From NCBI GenBank assembly GCA_030141605.1, contig JAQGDQ010000007.1:1475173-1539172 (forward strand): DNA of 64,000 nucleotides. Reading direction: 5' to 3'. A program made the position numbers and the translations under genes. Each line of letters starts with the position of its first letter. Within the stretch, counting starts at the first letter, position 1. Below, in pieces: positions 28,179 to 41,160 of this stretch. Source of the DNA: Tubiluchus corallicola (lineage: Eukaryota > Animalia > Priapulida). Under the pieces are notes generated by a model. That model worked only from the letters and a program-made list of their open reading frames with translations. It did not search any database and was not told the origin of the DNA.

Positions 28179-31100
28179 CTAGCCTTTATTCCGTGTTTGA
28201 AATGAAAGAATGATGAAAGCCAAAAGCCTGTATCCAGCCATCAGAACGAATAACAAGCCAACGTTCAGGTACATATTATCCTGTGAAAAGGACAAATAAA
28301 AACAATGTAACTATATTATGTAAGGAAAATAAGGAGTCCAAAACTTGGATTACAGCAAAAATGTTCTCATAGAATTATCAAAACTAGATCACAGTTGTTT
28401 GCTCAAGCTTATAGCATAAGAAAATGTCAAAAATTTCTTCCTGAGAATATTGTGCCACACTCATGTACTGTTAGCTTTCGCTGAACCTTTTCATCCTTCT
28501 GGCTTTTTGAAATAATGAGAGTCTCGAAATTCATAAAACCTGAAAATTCTGTTAGCGTGTATCACCACTGACATCCATTTCAAACAGTTTTCTTATGAAT
28601 AAAACTGCTGTGTTTTGACATACACAGAAACGATTTCTGTTAAGATACCTCTTTAAAGTTGAACTGGTGAAGCACAGCTGTCCCATTATGTATGCAAGGC
28701 CGCTGAGTTTCGTTGCCATTTTCACATGCTATAAATTAAACATGTAATGAAAGTTCCATATAATATTTTAATAATTCACAGTATTAAGATAAGCCTAAGT
28801 TGATAAATTGTCTACACAGAAAAATTTCGAATAATAAAATATGCCAAATTGCACTAAACTGTGATTAACAGAATTTATTGATGGAACATTTATATGCTAC
28901 CCCCAGCACAAATACTTGCGTATTTCTGTAACATCTTTCCATTGGTTGATGTTCAGAGCCTCATTCCCGTATTTAAACCAGCTGAGATATTCAAGCCATA
29001 TAAAATATACAGGAATCGACCTGGAAATACACATTCATATTATAATTCAGATGTTTCCGCAATGCCTTTTGCCATCATCAATGTGAACCAAAACGTGGAA
29101 AAAATCGTTCATGATAGCAAGAGGTTTTGCCGCATGCCCCTGAATAACGGACAAAAAAGTTTTGAGGTCTACGTTGAAAATTTTTTCGCCTGCGTTCCTG
29201 GTTTTACTCTTAATTTAATATCTGACTCAGTCCTCAAATTAATTTTCTGCCATCTGCTTAGCCAGCTGTTCTATCTACACGTTCTTAAACAGTGATAGAG
29301 AACAGGCAAAGCCCTATCATTACATAGGGCACCTATATAATAATATTAATACATTATAACTATTGTTGTTTGGTAAATTTAACTTACTCCACATTCAGTA
29401 ATAGACCACCAAACAGCATCATTGCCATAAGAAATGGCGCAGCAGCGGCCCATACAATCTCCGGATTGGAGGAGAAGCAAGACATCATATAACCTGGAAA
29501 GGAAATTAAAAAAACGATGAGTTGATGCAAAGAAATCTTGCCAATCAAAGTTAATCAAGGTCATTCAAATTAAAGTGTTAAGTAACCTTTGCCTACAAAC
29601 AGAAACATAAGCCATGCAAAGACTACCTCTTAAAAACAGGCTGGTTTAAAAAAGAGACCTAATCTAGTCTGTTGCTCATCAATTAAGGCAGAATTACCTA
29701 TTACATAATTTTCTATCTTAATTATAAAATGAATCGTTTGTGTAAAAAGATATTCACCTTGTCTGGAACATTTGGCAAACACAGCAGGCTCCTTTTACTG
29801 CCTGCCTGGTATATGCAAATTTTATGTTATTGTTAGTACAACAGTACAACAGTATGTTATATTCTCTCCTATACTATTTCTGCAAAAATGTGAACTGCCA
29901 CAAAAAAACATTCGCCTCGTCTAAGGCATCTGGCAAACACAGCAGATTTCATTTACAGCATGGTACATGCGAACTTCATCTATTGTTAGTACAGCATTAT
30001 ACTATGTGTTCCTCACTTTGCTAAAGCATGTGCAAATAATATGCAACTGCTGAGCAGTGTTAATTGTTGCACATAATTTATACTGTTGTTAAAATAATCT
30101 CGTTCCATTGTTTATTTTAATGTCTTTTTACAAATTGTGCTAGAGGTTTCGCTTTTGTACCTTCTTGCACTTAAAATTATCAGCAATAGACTTTTATTTT
30201 ATACTTTAATTGATACTGATGCCATATTTCTGCATGGCACTTACTGAACCAAAATATGACACAGATACTCAGAGAAATTGTTGAAAAAAAATTACAAAAT
30301 TAGAATATCTTGTATGGTCGTAAGCTTACCGAATGACGCTGATACATTAGCTATTAAAATGAGAATTCCAGCGCAAACAAAAAAGTGCGACGCTGAATGA
30401 TATAAACCTGAAAAAAACACAGAAAACTACTCAATAAGTAAAACATACATCAAAGTTTAAAATAAAAAGCTCACTACAAAATAAAAAAGCGGGATAAGGA
30501 TCCATTATTACTTACCCACCATAAAATAGTGTATAAGCGTAAACAGAAATGGCAACAGGATGAAAAATGGTAGCTGAAAGAACAATGGTAGTTGAATGAT
30601 ACAATAATTTGAAAGATTACACTATTATAGCTCAAAACCACTAAATGCCTAATATGGAGTTTTAGTTTCTCTGTGTGATATTTCATATTACTATTTCTTA
30701 ACGAGATTAAATATTTCCCATAAGTATGTAATATTTCTTCCTTTTTCCTAAAACCTTACAGCATCGAAAACTGATGTTGCAGACTTTCAGATTTATAATT
30801 AAGTCTGTATTACCTCACACCTTAATTACGAATGCAGCTTTGCAAAAATTCTACATTAAATTAAACACATTTATCCAATATCACTTACTTGCTTTAAATA
30901 ACTCTTATCACTAATTTCATCGGTGTATATAATATACAGCCCCTACCTCTGCCAGCATTTTGCTGAGGAAATATGTGTCCAACCTATAGCTAGCATTAAA
31001 GTGCTCCCTCAGAAAAATGACACACTCTTCACAAAACACCTGCAAGCAGAACCAACTAAAAGTACATGTATTTTAAAAATTGCGATATTGTACAGTTATC

Positions 31101-31254
31101 GAAGGATTTTACTATAACGTAGAAATGCATTAAGTCAAGCAAAACATTCTTAAATTCATAAAAATTTAACAGAAGTAACAAAACATTTACTGTTGTGTTA
31201 CTTTTATTAATGGAACATTTTTTTCATTTTCATGACTTTACATGTGCCCATGTG

Positions 31255-31309
<55 letters not shown>

Positions 31310-34300
31310 CACCAGGTTGCGAGTAAAGAAAAGGAAGCCGGCAAATAAATGTTTTTTGTAACACGATCAGAGTGAGATCATTAGCCTTAAATATGCCTAA
31401 ATTGTTAATACTGATTTGCAGGTTCGATTATGCATGACTGCTCAAGCCAGCTTTGTGAAGACATCAATCGAAGCTTCGATCAAAAAGATTTCCTTTAAAG
31501 TGTGATACAAGGCTATACCTAACAGCGATGCTCAGCTTCTCGAATGTGGAGACGGCTGAAAAAATGTCTTGTGGTTTCGTCTACCACTGATCTTAGCTTT
31601 TTATCCCATTGATCAAGGATGTGTCTGAATAAAACCGAGAATTTCTGCCAGTTCCATGTCTCCTTTTAGATAATTATTCTTGATAATGAACCAGATTACG
31701 ATTCTAACTTCATTAGATAAAGTATTTTACTGAAGTATTTTAAAGCTTTACTGTTTCGTGACGTAACAACATCCCTTTCAACAATGGTGATGCTGCAGTT
31801 ATTGAAGAAGTTAGTGTAGATGGGATTTTTACAGTTTTGCCTTATGTGAACTACTGAAAATAAGTTCTGCATAGTCATATTTATAATTAGAAGAGACAGG
31901 TGGTTGACAGGTATTAATAGGGGTGGTTGACTTGGTGACCCTTGGTCTTTTCGCCACCTCGTCTCTTTTATGTCTTTATTTTAGTCTTTAGCCTTTGTTT
32001 ATGTTTATTTTGCAACATACACAGACAAAGAATTTTTTATTTCGAAATGAATGTTCCCAAGCGTAAAGTCCAACAATTTTACTGTTGAAACTTTCGTACA
32101 TTTTTCTCAAATGTTACAATAATCCCAATTTCTCAAGAGACTTGACTTTTGCTTTTGGGTTAATATTAATTTTAATATTAATTTTTGGGTTATTCGCTTG
32201 AAAATAACTCTATAGAGCCGCTCATTTCGCTGTGATGTTGTTCTCGCTCGTGTAATACCAAACTCATTCTATACCATTTTTACCTTGTACTGCAAGTACT
32301 TGTACCAAACGTGCCTGACAAAACTTCATTAGTACCATGTTTACCAGTACCAAATTTTCCCTGTACCAAAATTTTCTCGTACCAAAATTACCAGGACCAG
32401 ACTTACTTGTACCGAACTTACTAGTTCCAAAATTACTGCGCACTAGTTTGCACTACCGTAGTGCTGTTTAGTTATAGTTTACCACCTATATATTGCTAAG
32501 TCAGTTGTGCCGTTCAGTGTCTGGAGTTAGTGTCTTTGCAACATCTACATTAGTTAAAGTCTGCCATTGAGCACTGGTCAAAGTTTGAAAAGTGTTACAC
32601 TCCACAAAAAAATCTGACATTTTTTCGACTTGAACCAGTAACCTGTTGAACACAACCAACTTCAACAACAATGGCGAAAAGAAAAGGGCTTCAACTGACT
32701 AGATGAACTTTTGTGCAATTTAGCACCTACATTGACTACTGTGTAAGCGTTGTTTACAGACATGGCTATAATTGAAATAAACAAGACAGAAGTGATGTTT
32801 TGCACAGCTTCTTGGTTCATTTCCTGCTGCAGGTAGACAATTCCAAGTATTATACCCATTACCTACAAAAGAAAAATTTGTGAAAACTGAAAAGAGTTGA
32901 AAAAAGCATCAGATGTTTTGCACTAATAAACCTCTCACATACAATATTTTTCGCATCACATTCACATAGCTTTTAGTTAGTTAAGTCTGATTTCTACTCA
33001 CCATTGTTTGAAAAGTTCTCACTTTTATTGCCATTGGATCTCGAATCACGCTGATTAATGCTCTGTGTGTTAGAGTGATAAATTGCTTTATCCAACTTGC
33101 TTTATACCTAAATGAAACATACGCTAAAATGTTTGGTTAACTGTAATAAGCAGGCGACAGGCTTTTAGGCTTGTAATTGCTAAACCCCTTACAATAATAA
33201 TTGGGGTGTGCTGGCTATAATTAGAAGAAATAGGATGCCAGTGATTGTTATAATTGGCTACTTGATTTCCTTCATTAAAGTGTACACGAGTCTGATAAGG
33301 AAAAGATGACAAAATATCAGTGATTGTTTGGAAATACTTGATAAGGAAAACCTACCTCGAGTTAAATTGGTGAAATCGAAATTTAAATGTTGGCACTCAT
33401 TCACTTGTGCAGATACTTCGTCGCAAATGCATCAGAAAGTACAACCACAATAATCGTGACAACAAAAATGCTAACACAGCAAGGAATTCACATGCATTTT
33501 AAATTTGGAAGTCTGGTTTTTCAGTTTTTGTATTCTTGTTTCCAGTGGCATTTTCAACAATTTTTCAGACAAAAAGTAGCTAAAAATAATTCAATAAAAA
33601 CTCATAAACTGCAGTCTTTTGTATTATTACTAAATAATTAAAATATAGTTACTGGATTGTATTTAATGAAAAGAGGTTACTTACGTTGAACGATGAGCCA
33701 GCAATTCACCGAACTGAAAAAATGCATGTATAAATAATTGCAATGAAACTGCTGGAAACAGCTATCTTGGTTTGGCGTTAATTGTAATACATGACAAGAT
33801 GTTACAAAATTGCATTTACTGCAAACATCAACAAAGCACACTACAAAGCGGAGCATCACCTGACAACAGGGGGTCGTAGTATTTTTCAAGTATTGGTTCC
33901 CGTGAATCCGACTTTTAACCTTGGGACTCCAAAAGCGATAAGGTTCTTCTCCTATTGATGGGCGGCCCAAATGTGAAAGTCGAATGCATTGCATTAATTC
34001 TTTAGAGTTAGAATGCATCCGCAACCTTTTTCAAGTAGTGTATCCTATGACACTGACTTTTGATCTTAAGGCCTCAAAACCCATAAGATTCTTCCCCTGT
34101 TGACAGTCGATGAATACATAAAATATGAAAGTTTAGGCTACGTCTTCACAAACTTTTCCAACTGAGACGTTGACCTTTGATAAGGGGCCCACAAAGTCGA
34201 TAGGTCGTTCTTTTACTGACTGATGAGCCTATATATTATATGAAAAATGAATGTCATGCTTCAAAAAAGGTTAGCTCGAAAAGTGTTCACAAGACCAATA

Positions 34301-37300
34301 ACGAATTACAGACAAACGAACGGGCAGAAGCATGGACGGCCAAACGGACAGATGCACGAACAGAGGCTTACTATACCGAATAACATATTAATAGATTCAA
34401 CATTAGCGATTGTTAATAGATGTTACTAAATTGAACAACATATTAAAAGATTCAATGCCAATTGTTATCAGCTGCTTTCTTACGTCAATGAGCTGTTTAT
34501 TTCGATTATTCTCCATGATAACTTGTTTGACAAGATAACCTTGAGGGGACACTTCAAATGCGTTACATATTCTCTGAAAGTAACAAGTTGGAAAGTAAGA
34601 AAAACAAAAAGACAGTTTTAATTAATGAAAATTACAATTAATGAAACCCATTATTCACCTAACAAATTATTAATAAAAAAATGTTTTAACAAAATTCAAT
34701 TGAAGATATAAGCTCAAATAATTATAAAATCTTTACTACAGGTAACGCTGCAGCTGCGTACGTACCTCTACTTTGTCTTTGCATTGGGCCTCCTTTTCTG
34801 GGATTACAGCTAAACTGTGCACATAGTAATCAGCAGGATTAAACTTTGGTGGACATTTGCAATCCATCGTCTTGAAAAATGTATGAATAGTTTTTCTTGA
34901 ACCTAAATACGCCACCCTGCCTTCTGCCATTAACAATATCCTGCATTACAATTTAGAGAATAGTAATTTATTTTTACATATATAGGCCTATATAAAAAAC
35001 ATTGTCAAGCAGTTGTTTCTATGGTCCAAGTAAGTCAGCAGAAGGCAAATTTGGAATTTTAAGCTAGCAAAACAAAGTCTAAAATCAGCAAAAAACTGTA
35101 TCCTAAAATTACAAAAAAATGCTCAGGAAAAAGCATAAGTAAATAGAAATACATAGGCATTTAAAAATGCTATCTACTGTTATTCAGCACTAGAAACTAG
35201 TGAATACGTTAAATATGTCTTAGAAAGCCTAATAGTCATACGAGATTTAAAAGTTAAAAATTTAAAATATAAATAACTAAATACAAATTATTAATGGTTT
35301 CAGGTAAAAAACATATTTTAAATTTGAAATGACTCAGCAGTAAAATTGGAAGCCAAAAGTAACTACGTAAGTCACTATTACTGTTAAAATGGTTTATAGT
35401 GAAGCATGAAATCTACATTTTTGCATGTAAAAATTGTATACATAGCACTTTTACCTGTCGAACATGGCATACACTTCAGATGAAGGTTGATGTATGGTGC
35501 ACAGGATAGTTCGCCCTTTACAAGCCATGTCTTTCAAAACACATATGACGTTTTGTGCCATAAAGGAGTCCAAACCAGATGTTGGTTCATCGCAAAACAT
35601 TAATTTTGGATTTGTTAGCATCTAGAAAAAGGCATTTATTTCATTATAGTTGTTGAAATAATTATGACAAATGTTTTTTCTCTTTACAGATTATTTGTAA
35701 ATGCTATAATGCTAATTCAAGACCCACAACAGGTATAGTTAGAGCAAACTTATTTTCAAACAATGATTTTAACAGTCTTTTAAGAAAAATTGTTATGACA
35801 GTGATAGGTAGGTAAAATTTTCAAACCATTCTGCATATAGTAGCTCCCATGTCATTATTAACCTTCAGTAATAGCACAGACACAAAAGGTGCCAGCAATA
35901 TTTTAATAAATACAAACGAGTAAATGCTTATTCATTATCAAAGTATAACTTACTAACCTCAGATGCAAATGCAAGACGCTTTCTTTCGCCTCCTGAAATA
36001 CCTTTTATTCTACCAGGGACGCCTATCCATGTGTTCTCGCATTTCTTTAAACCAAGCTGTAATGGCAAATAATGATTTCACATGATTTTGCTTCATTCTT
36101 TCTATTCTTTTCATAATTTTTTCGATGCCCCCTTTTCCCTTCATTCCTTTTTAAGTCTTTCATTCTTCTGAACATTTTTTATGCTTTTTCTTTGACTATT
36201 TTTTCCTCTTTTATCATCGGCAGAATTGAGTAATTTAATTATGGCTCGACAAAATGTAGTATAAATTATTTTAAGATCCTAAAAATGAATACAGGTGTAG
36301 CAAACTACCTCCGTGAGAGTTTCTTCAACTTTCTTCATTCGCTGAGAATACGTGAATTCTTTGTCCATTCTCAATAGAGCCTACAACTCAAACCAACAGA
36401 TATTTTAGATTTACAATTTTGCACAGCAGCATAAGACTTAAGCTGTGCTGCAGTCTATATTGTTGTTGCAGTGATCTAGTGTTTAGCATACATTGTTGTC
36501 CTGAACGCTATACTGTATCGCCTGACATTTTTGTATTGCTGTATTGTATTGCACTGCATTGTTGTTGTGTTACTGAAATGTATTGATTTGTTGTTTTTTA
36601 TGTTGATGCTGAATTGTTTGCAGTCGTATAGTTTGTTTCAATGTATAAAAATAACCTGCATTGTACAAGGTACACTAAAATGCACTACCTTACTCTGTCA
36701 GCCACACTTTGGTTTAATTATTTTTGTTATTTATTTTTTTAAAAAACGTTTGAAAAATGCTTTTGGTACTCTATATAAGACGGTAATAATAAGCTAACTT
36801 ATCAAAAGAAGTGTAATGAACCGAAAATCTTAAACAGTTTCAAATGTAGACAAACTCCGTGTGGTGAAGCTTCTGATAGTACAATTAAAATACCTGAAAT
36901 CTCAAATGTTCTTTTACTTTCAGGGTACCAATGAACAAATCTTCCTGCTGAACGTATGCCGAGATGGACCTCATGCCAGGACCAAAACCAATTGGCTGTC
37001 CATTAATTTTGACTGTACCCTCAACAGTATACATTTCAGTATTCCTGTGCGTCAGAATGTTCATAAGTGTACTTTTGCCTGCACCACTAAAACAAACAAA
37101 CAACAAATGAATCTTGCTTCTGGTTCGTATCCTTACTTGTCAGCCAATCGGCTTGTAAAGTAATAATTATTGCAAAACTGATTCAACATGAATTTTCTGC
37201 TAAGATGATTTCGGAAAATAATTACAGCTAAATAAACTCTTTTAAATCGATCCGAGTGTGTAGAATCTATTTTGCCTTCAATTTGACAATATAAATATTT

Positions 37301-38760
37301 TTGTCAACAATATAATTTTTTTTAATATGACTATGCTTTTATACCTGGCACCCATAATTGCTAACAGCGTACCAGCTTTTGCGTACCCAGTAACTGCAAT
37401 AACAAATTTTCACATAACATATTAATGAAACTTGTAAATTAATGTCGTTGGAATAAACAAGCAAGCAGAACAACTTTTTACAACAATTTACTAGATGCAG
37501 TTGGGCTGAGCGCTCCTAATAGACTACAGTGAATTACTTAATCTCATCATTAACTAAATAACAAGCCTACACCTCTCGGAAATGCATTTTCCAAAACATT
37601 CTCAAATTTAAAATGGCATAAAGTAAAACCAAGCTGCATTAACAGTGCAGTCTCCTGAGTATAGCATGAAGGTGCTGCTGCCTTATCCTTTGTGCTACGG
37701 AACTTATAGTAGAAGCAAGCTCTCAGCTCTAAGCGAGAACTCGAATCACTTTACTGCAGCACAAAGCTATGCTAAACTAAATACGAAAATTGGGTGCAGA
37801 GTGAAGAAAACGTGTTATTACAAAAATTATTTACAGTTTCTATATGCGCTCTATTTACACGATGTTAATTTATTCGGGTGGCCAGTGACTACACCTATCA
37901 GAAACAGCACAATCTTTTGCAGAAGCAACCCGTTCCGTGCTAGTTTGTTTAACGTATATTTCTCAAAATTATTTACTTTTAAAGGAATTTAAAGAAGCAG
38001 ATTGTTTAACTTAGATGCACATTGAAATGGCCAACTCAAGTTGTTAAAATAATGTGACAAAGACTAATTTAATGTCGTGCTAGTAAATAGTCTTTAAATT
38101 TTGTTTTAATACCATTTCGGAGAATATGCTTCTTAACTCTTTTTTCTGTTTGCTTTTCCGGGTCAGATTGTCCAGCTTCTCTATCATGTCGACTTCGTCC
38201 ACCTTTCAGCGTCGCCCAGACGTTTATATTCTCCCAAGTTATGTTAACCTAAGCAACATAATAATTTCATACTCATAATCGTAAGAAAATTGATAACAAA
38301 CAGAGTTTACAATAAATTTTATGTATTTATTTGATAATAAATATTGTTGGTTTGACTATATATAATTCGATCGATGTTATACTGTAAAATGGAGTGTACT
38401 GAATGGATAATATTCAAGCAAAATGGAATCAAGAAAGTGGTTGCTCAATATTATTTTCATTTGGTTTGTAAAACGCTAAAACGTTTATTACGATTGCTGA
38501 AAGATAGCCACATAACGTTATGAGCATCAGCGAGCTCTCTGTGCCTCTTAACATATAAGGAATTCCTAACTTACCGCATCAAGTTCACTAACACTCAGTA
38601 CTTTTTTAATGGGTTCCTTTCTCATCACATGTTTCGACATGTCAGCAAACTGAATGCCAGAATTTGAAATCTCTTCGTACATCGGTACATGAACATTACT
38701 TCTACTGATGGAATAATCACTAGCAGCATTGTCACAGGCAGCATTGTTGCCAGTATCCAT
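28179..38760 (-). CDS. White-like ABCG half-transporter, copy B (19 exons, ~683 aa, chimeric exon 12)
   Basis: Exons: 38575-38760, 38113-38248, 37345-37393, 36894-37086, 36309-36380, 35958-36056, 35455-35621, 34766-34940, 34484-34573, 33685-33713, 33002-33107, 32731-32862, 30947-31039, 30516-30573, 30330-30407, 29388-29493, 28920-29020, 28649-28728, 28179-28280. They sum to 2052 nt in one open frame. [28 protein letters not shown] and TIHQP are intact; the protein ends TRNKG*. Confidence 0.88.
31259..31305. repeat. (TA)n microsatellite (shorter counterpart at ~44278-44298)
   Basis: Directly visible in both duplicate units. Confidence 0.95.
31846..31900 (-). pseudogene. Stranded original 3' half of exon 12 inside intron 12 of copy B
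   Basis: Encodes [16 protein letters not shown], matching C 44842-44895. The donor reads CAC|ATAAGG here versus CAC|GTAAGG in C. Confidence 0.85.
31903..32800. repeat. ~0.9 kb segment homologous to ~52250-53090 (pseudogene E exon 12 and downstream intron) inserted in copy B
   Basis: Colinear high similarity from aataggggtggttgacttggtgaccc to attgaaataaacaagacaga. The segment is absent from the equivalent site in C. Confidence 0.9.
32285..32437. repeat. GTACCAAA-based short-period repeat array (counterpart ~52650-52792), probably inside a non-autonomous DNA element
   Basis: Recurrent gtaccaaa/gtaccgaa/gttccaaa units spaced ~10-16 bp apart. Confidence 0.6.
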
Positions 38761-41160
38761 ACTAAGTATGCTCTCGCAAAACGTTTAAAATGGCGTACGC
38801 TTATAATGATTCAAACATTTGCTTAAAGCAAAACATGTCACTTATACATGCATAAAATATTGTACTTCAACCTCACGCAACAACAGTATATTGTGAAAAG
38901 TCACGTTTCACAATGAATTTTAACATGGATTAACACAAGCAAACTATTTATTTAAACCTAAACAACTAAAATAAGATTCAAAACAATTAATAAAAAATCC
39001 CAGAATAGTTTTCAATTAATTGTTACGTCTTATTAACGAGACACAGAACTGTATCATCAAAAGTTCACACCACACATCGATTTTACTTGATATCAACTAA
39101 TAGCAAACAAACAGTGAGGTTCTTTATGGCGCACAACTTTCAAGGTGCAATGAAGGTGAAAGACTAAAGGTGAAAACTTCTGGAGCTTTTAAATGGCTAT
39201 TAAATGTGACTGTAACATAGATTGAGAAAGCACAGCTGTACCCACTAAAAGACTGCCTAGTTGACTTAAATAAATAGAAGTTTTTGCTTAAATGAAGAAC
39301 CAATTCTGGAATAAGATTGTGTTTTAATATACACCTAAAAATTTTAATTAAGACGTAATATACGCGCATAAAATGCGCTGCTTAAAATTGCGAAAGAAAT
39401 TTAAGTCATTCATATCTCTCACCAAACAAACCTTGCTGCGGGAGTATGGTAAAAAATGACGTAAGCTGGTGGAAAGCACGAAGGCATGCATTACGATGCT
39501 TTTGCACTTCACTCAAAAATCCCACTATTGTAGCTGAATAAAGAGTCGCTTACAGAACATCCGGAATGCGTTATGCGTTATGCATTTCCAACTGGTTATT
39601 CCCAGACGAATTTTCTGCTGGTTTGTTTCTGCTTCGCCTTGTCTCAAAGACAAAAAAATTAAATGGAAAAATCGATAGAACAGGACAGGTAAACCTTTAT
39701 GTGAAGAAACAACAGATAGCAAGAGATATTTAAGCTTTGTCAATAAAATCTGTAAAAGAACATTATACAGTTCCCGGCTGATATAATTTCGGTTACGCGT
39801 GTTTAATGTAAGCAACGACGTAAATGAGTCCGTCAACGTGAAACCTATGTTGTTATTTGTAAACCCTCAAATTAATTTTTGCGTAGGCTTACATAGGATT
39901 TAAATTTATTCGAACTAGAATTAAAGCAGTAAATTTTTTAATCTTAACTTTAAACCAGTAGGCTTGGTAAGCATAAATGTGTGACCACTTGTAACAGTGT
40001 CTGCCATAACTTATTTTGAAAAGTAAGTCTACTTACACAGCTCACTGTAGCGTACGTTGACTCAGCACAGAACAATAGAACAAATATTAAATGCACATAA
40101 TATATAAAGCACCATAATCACGCTTTGACCATTGACGTCGTTAAGCCAAAAGAGTAATGCGGACGTGTCATGGGTTTTTATATGCAGTGTATCCTGTTCC
40201 TTGCATAACATGCATACAGAATATTTTATACTGCTTATTCTACCATCGGTAATAATAGTTTCAAGACCATCGTGCGCCTTGTGCTATAGTATTCTCTCTC
40301 TTTCTCCCTCTCTTTCCTCTCTCCCTCTCTTTCTGTTCTCTTTGTATTTGTTTTTCTGTTAAACACTTTCTAACTGTTATTGTCAATTTTTCTTTCACTT
40401 TTTTCTCCTTGCCTTTAAGCTCTTTCTTTTGTATTTCTATTCATTTATTTCATTCGGTTGTTTAGACAATAAAAAAATCACAATGTCAGACATAATATAC
40501 AGACAATGACGATATGTTATAAAAAAATACTAGAAAGTTGGGAAGCTTTTATTGACACACTGCAAACAACAGTAGCCTACAATCATTTATACATATTATA
40601 ATATTTTTGCAAAGAATCGCATAAATACTGAAAGAACCCAAAGCGTTGAACATGTGTTAAACATATCAGACTATTTAATCATTTAAATCCTTTAGATTTT
40701 AACATTGTATAACATCTTAATATTATGTAGCATGTATGGGTGTCCTGCCATAAGCCATAGCTTCTTAGGTCTCCCTTCATTATCTTTTTTAAAAACAGTG
40801 ATCATTTTCGCGTAATTATTTTTTTACTTTATTGATTATATATTGTATTTCAAAATTAATGTGATTACGATATATGTTAAATCAATATATTATTTTAAGG
40901 TTGAATTGAATTTGAGCATTTCGGCTTTATAAACTGCCACTGTAAAAACCTATTACATATCCACGGTAAAGAAAAAACTAAATGCAAAACATTGAGTTTG
41001 TTGGATTTAGGCCTACATTACTGATTTAGAATTTTAACAAAGAAATACTAAATTTAAGTGTAGATAATTAACTTCGGATTGGAAAAGCTTCAAAACAAGA
41101 TAAGCATAGACTTTAATTTTGCACTTTAAATGCATCTATTTCTGGCATCATGTCATCAAC

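Noticed and set aside
28894-29295. 133-aa plus-strand ORF and its twin at 41867-42262
   Set aside because: It is the antisense shadow of exon 17 plus intron; the apparent conservation reflects the recent duplication.
31846-32862. Mutually exclusive alternative exon 12 pair in B
   Set aside because: The downstream piece is only a half-exon with no evident acceptor and a GT-to-AT donor mutation.
37645-37992. Repeated short ORFs (also 49710-50012, 26573-26833/39525-39836, 39124-39369/51188-51433)
   Set aside because: They are intronic or intergenic sequence within the duplicated block, with no recognisable domains and several differing ends between copies.
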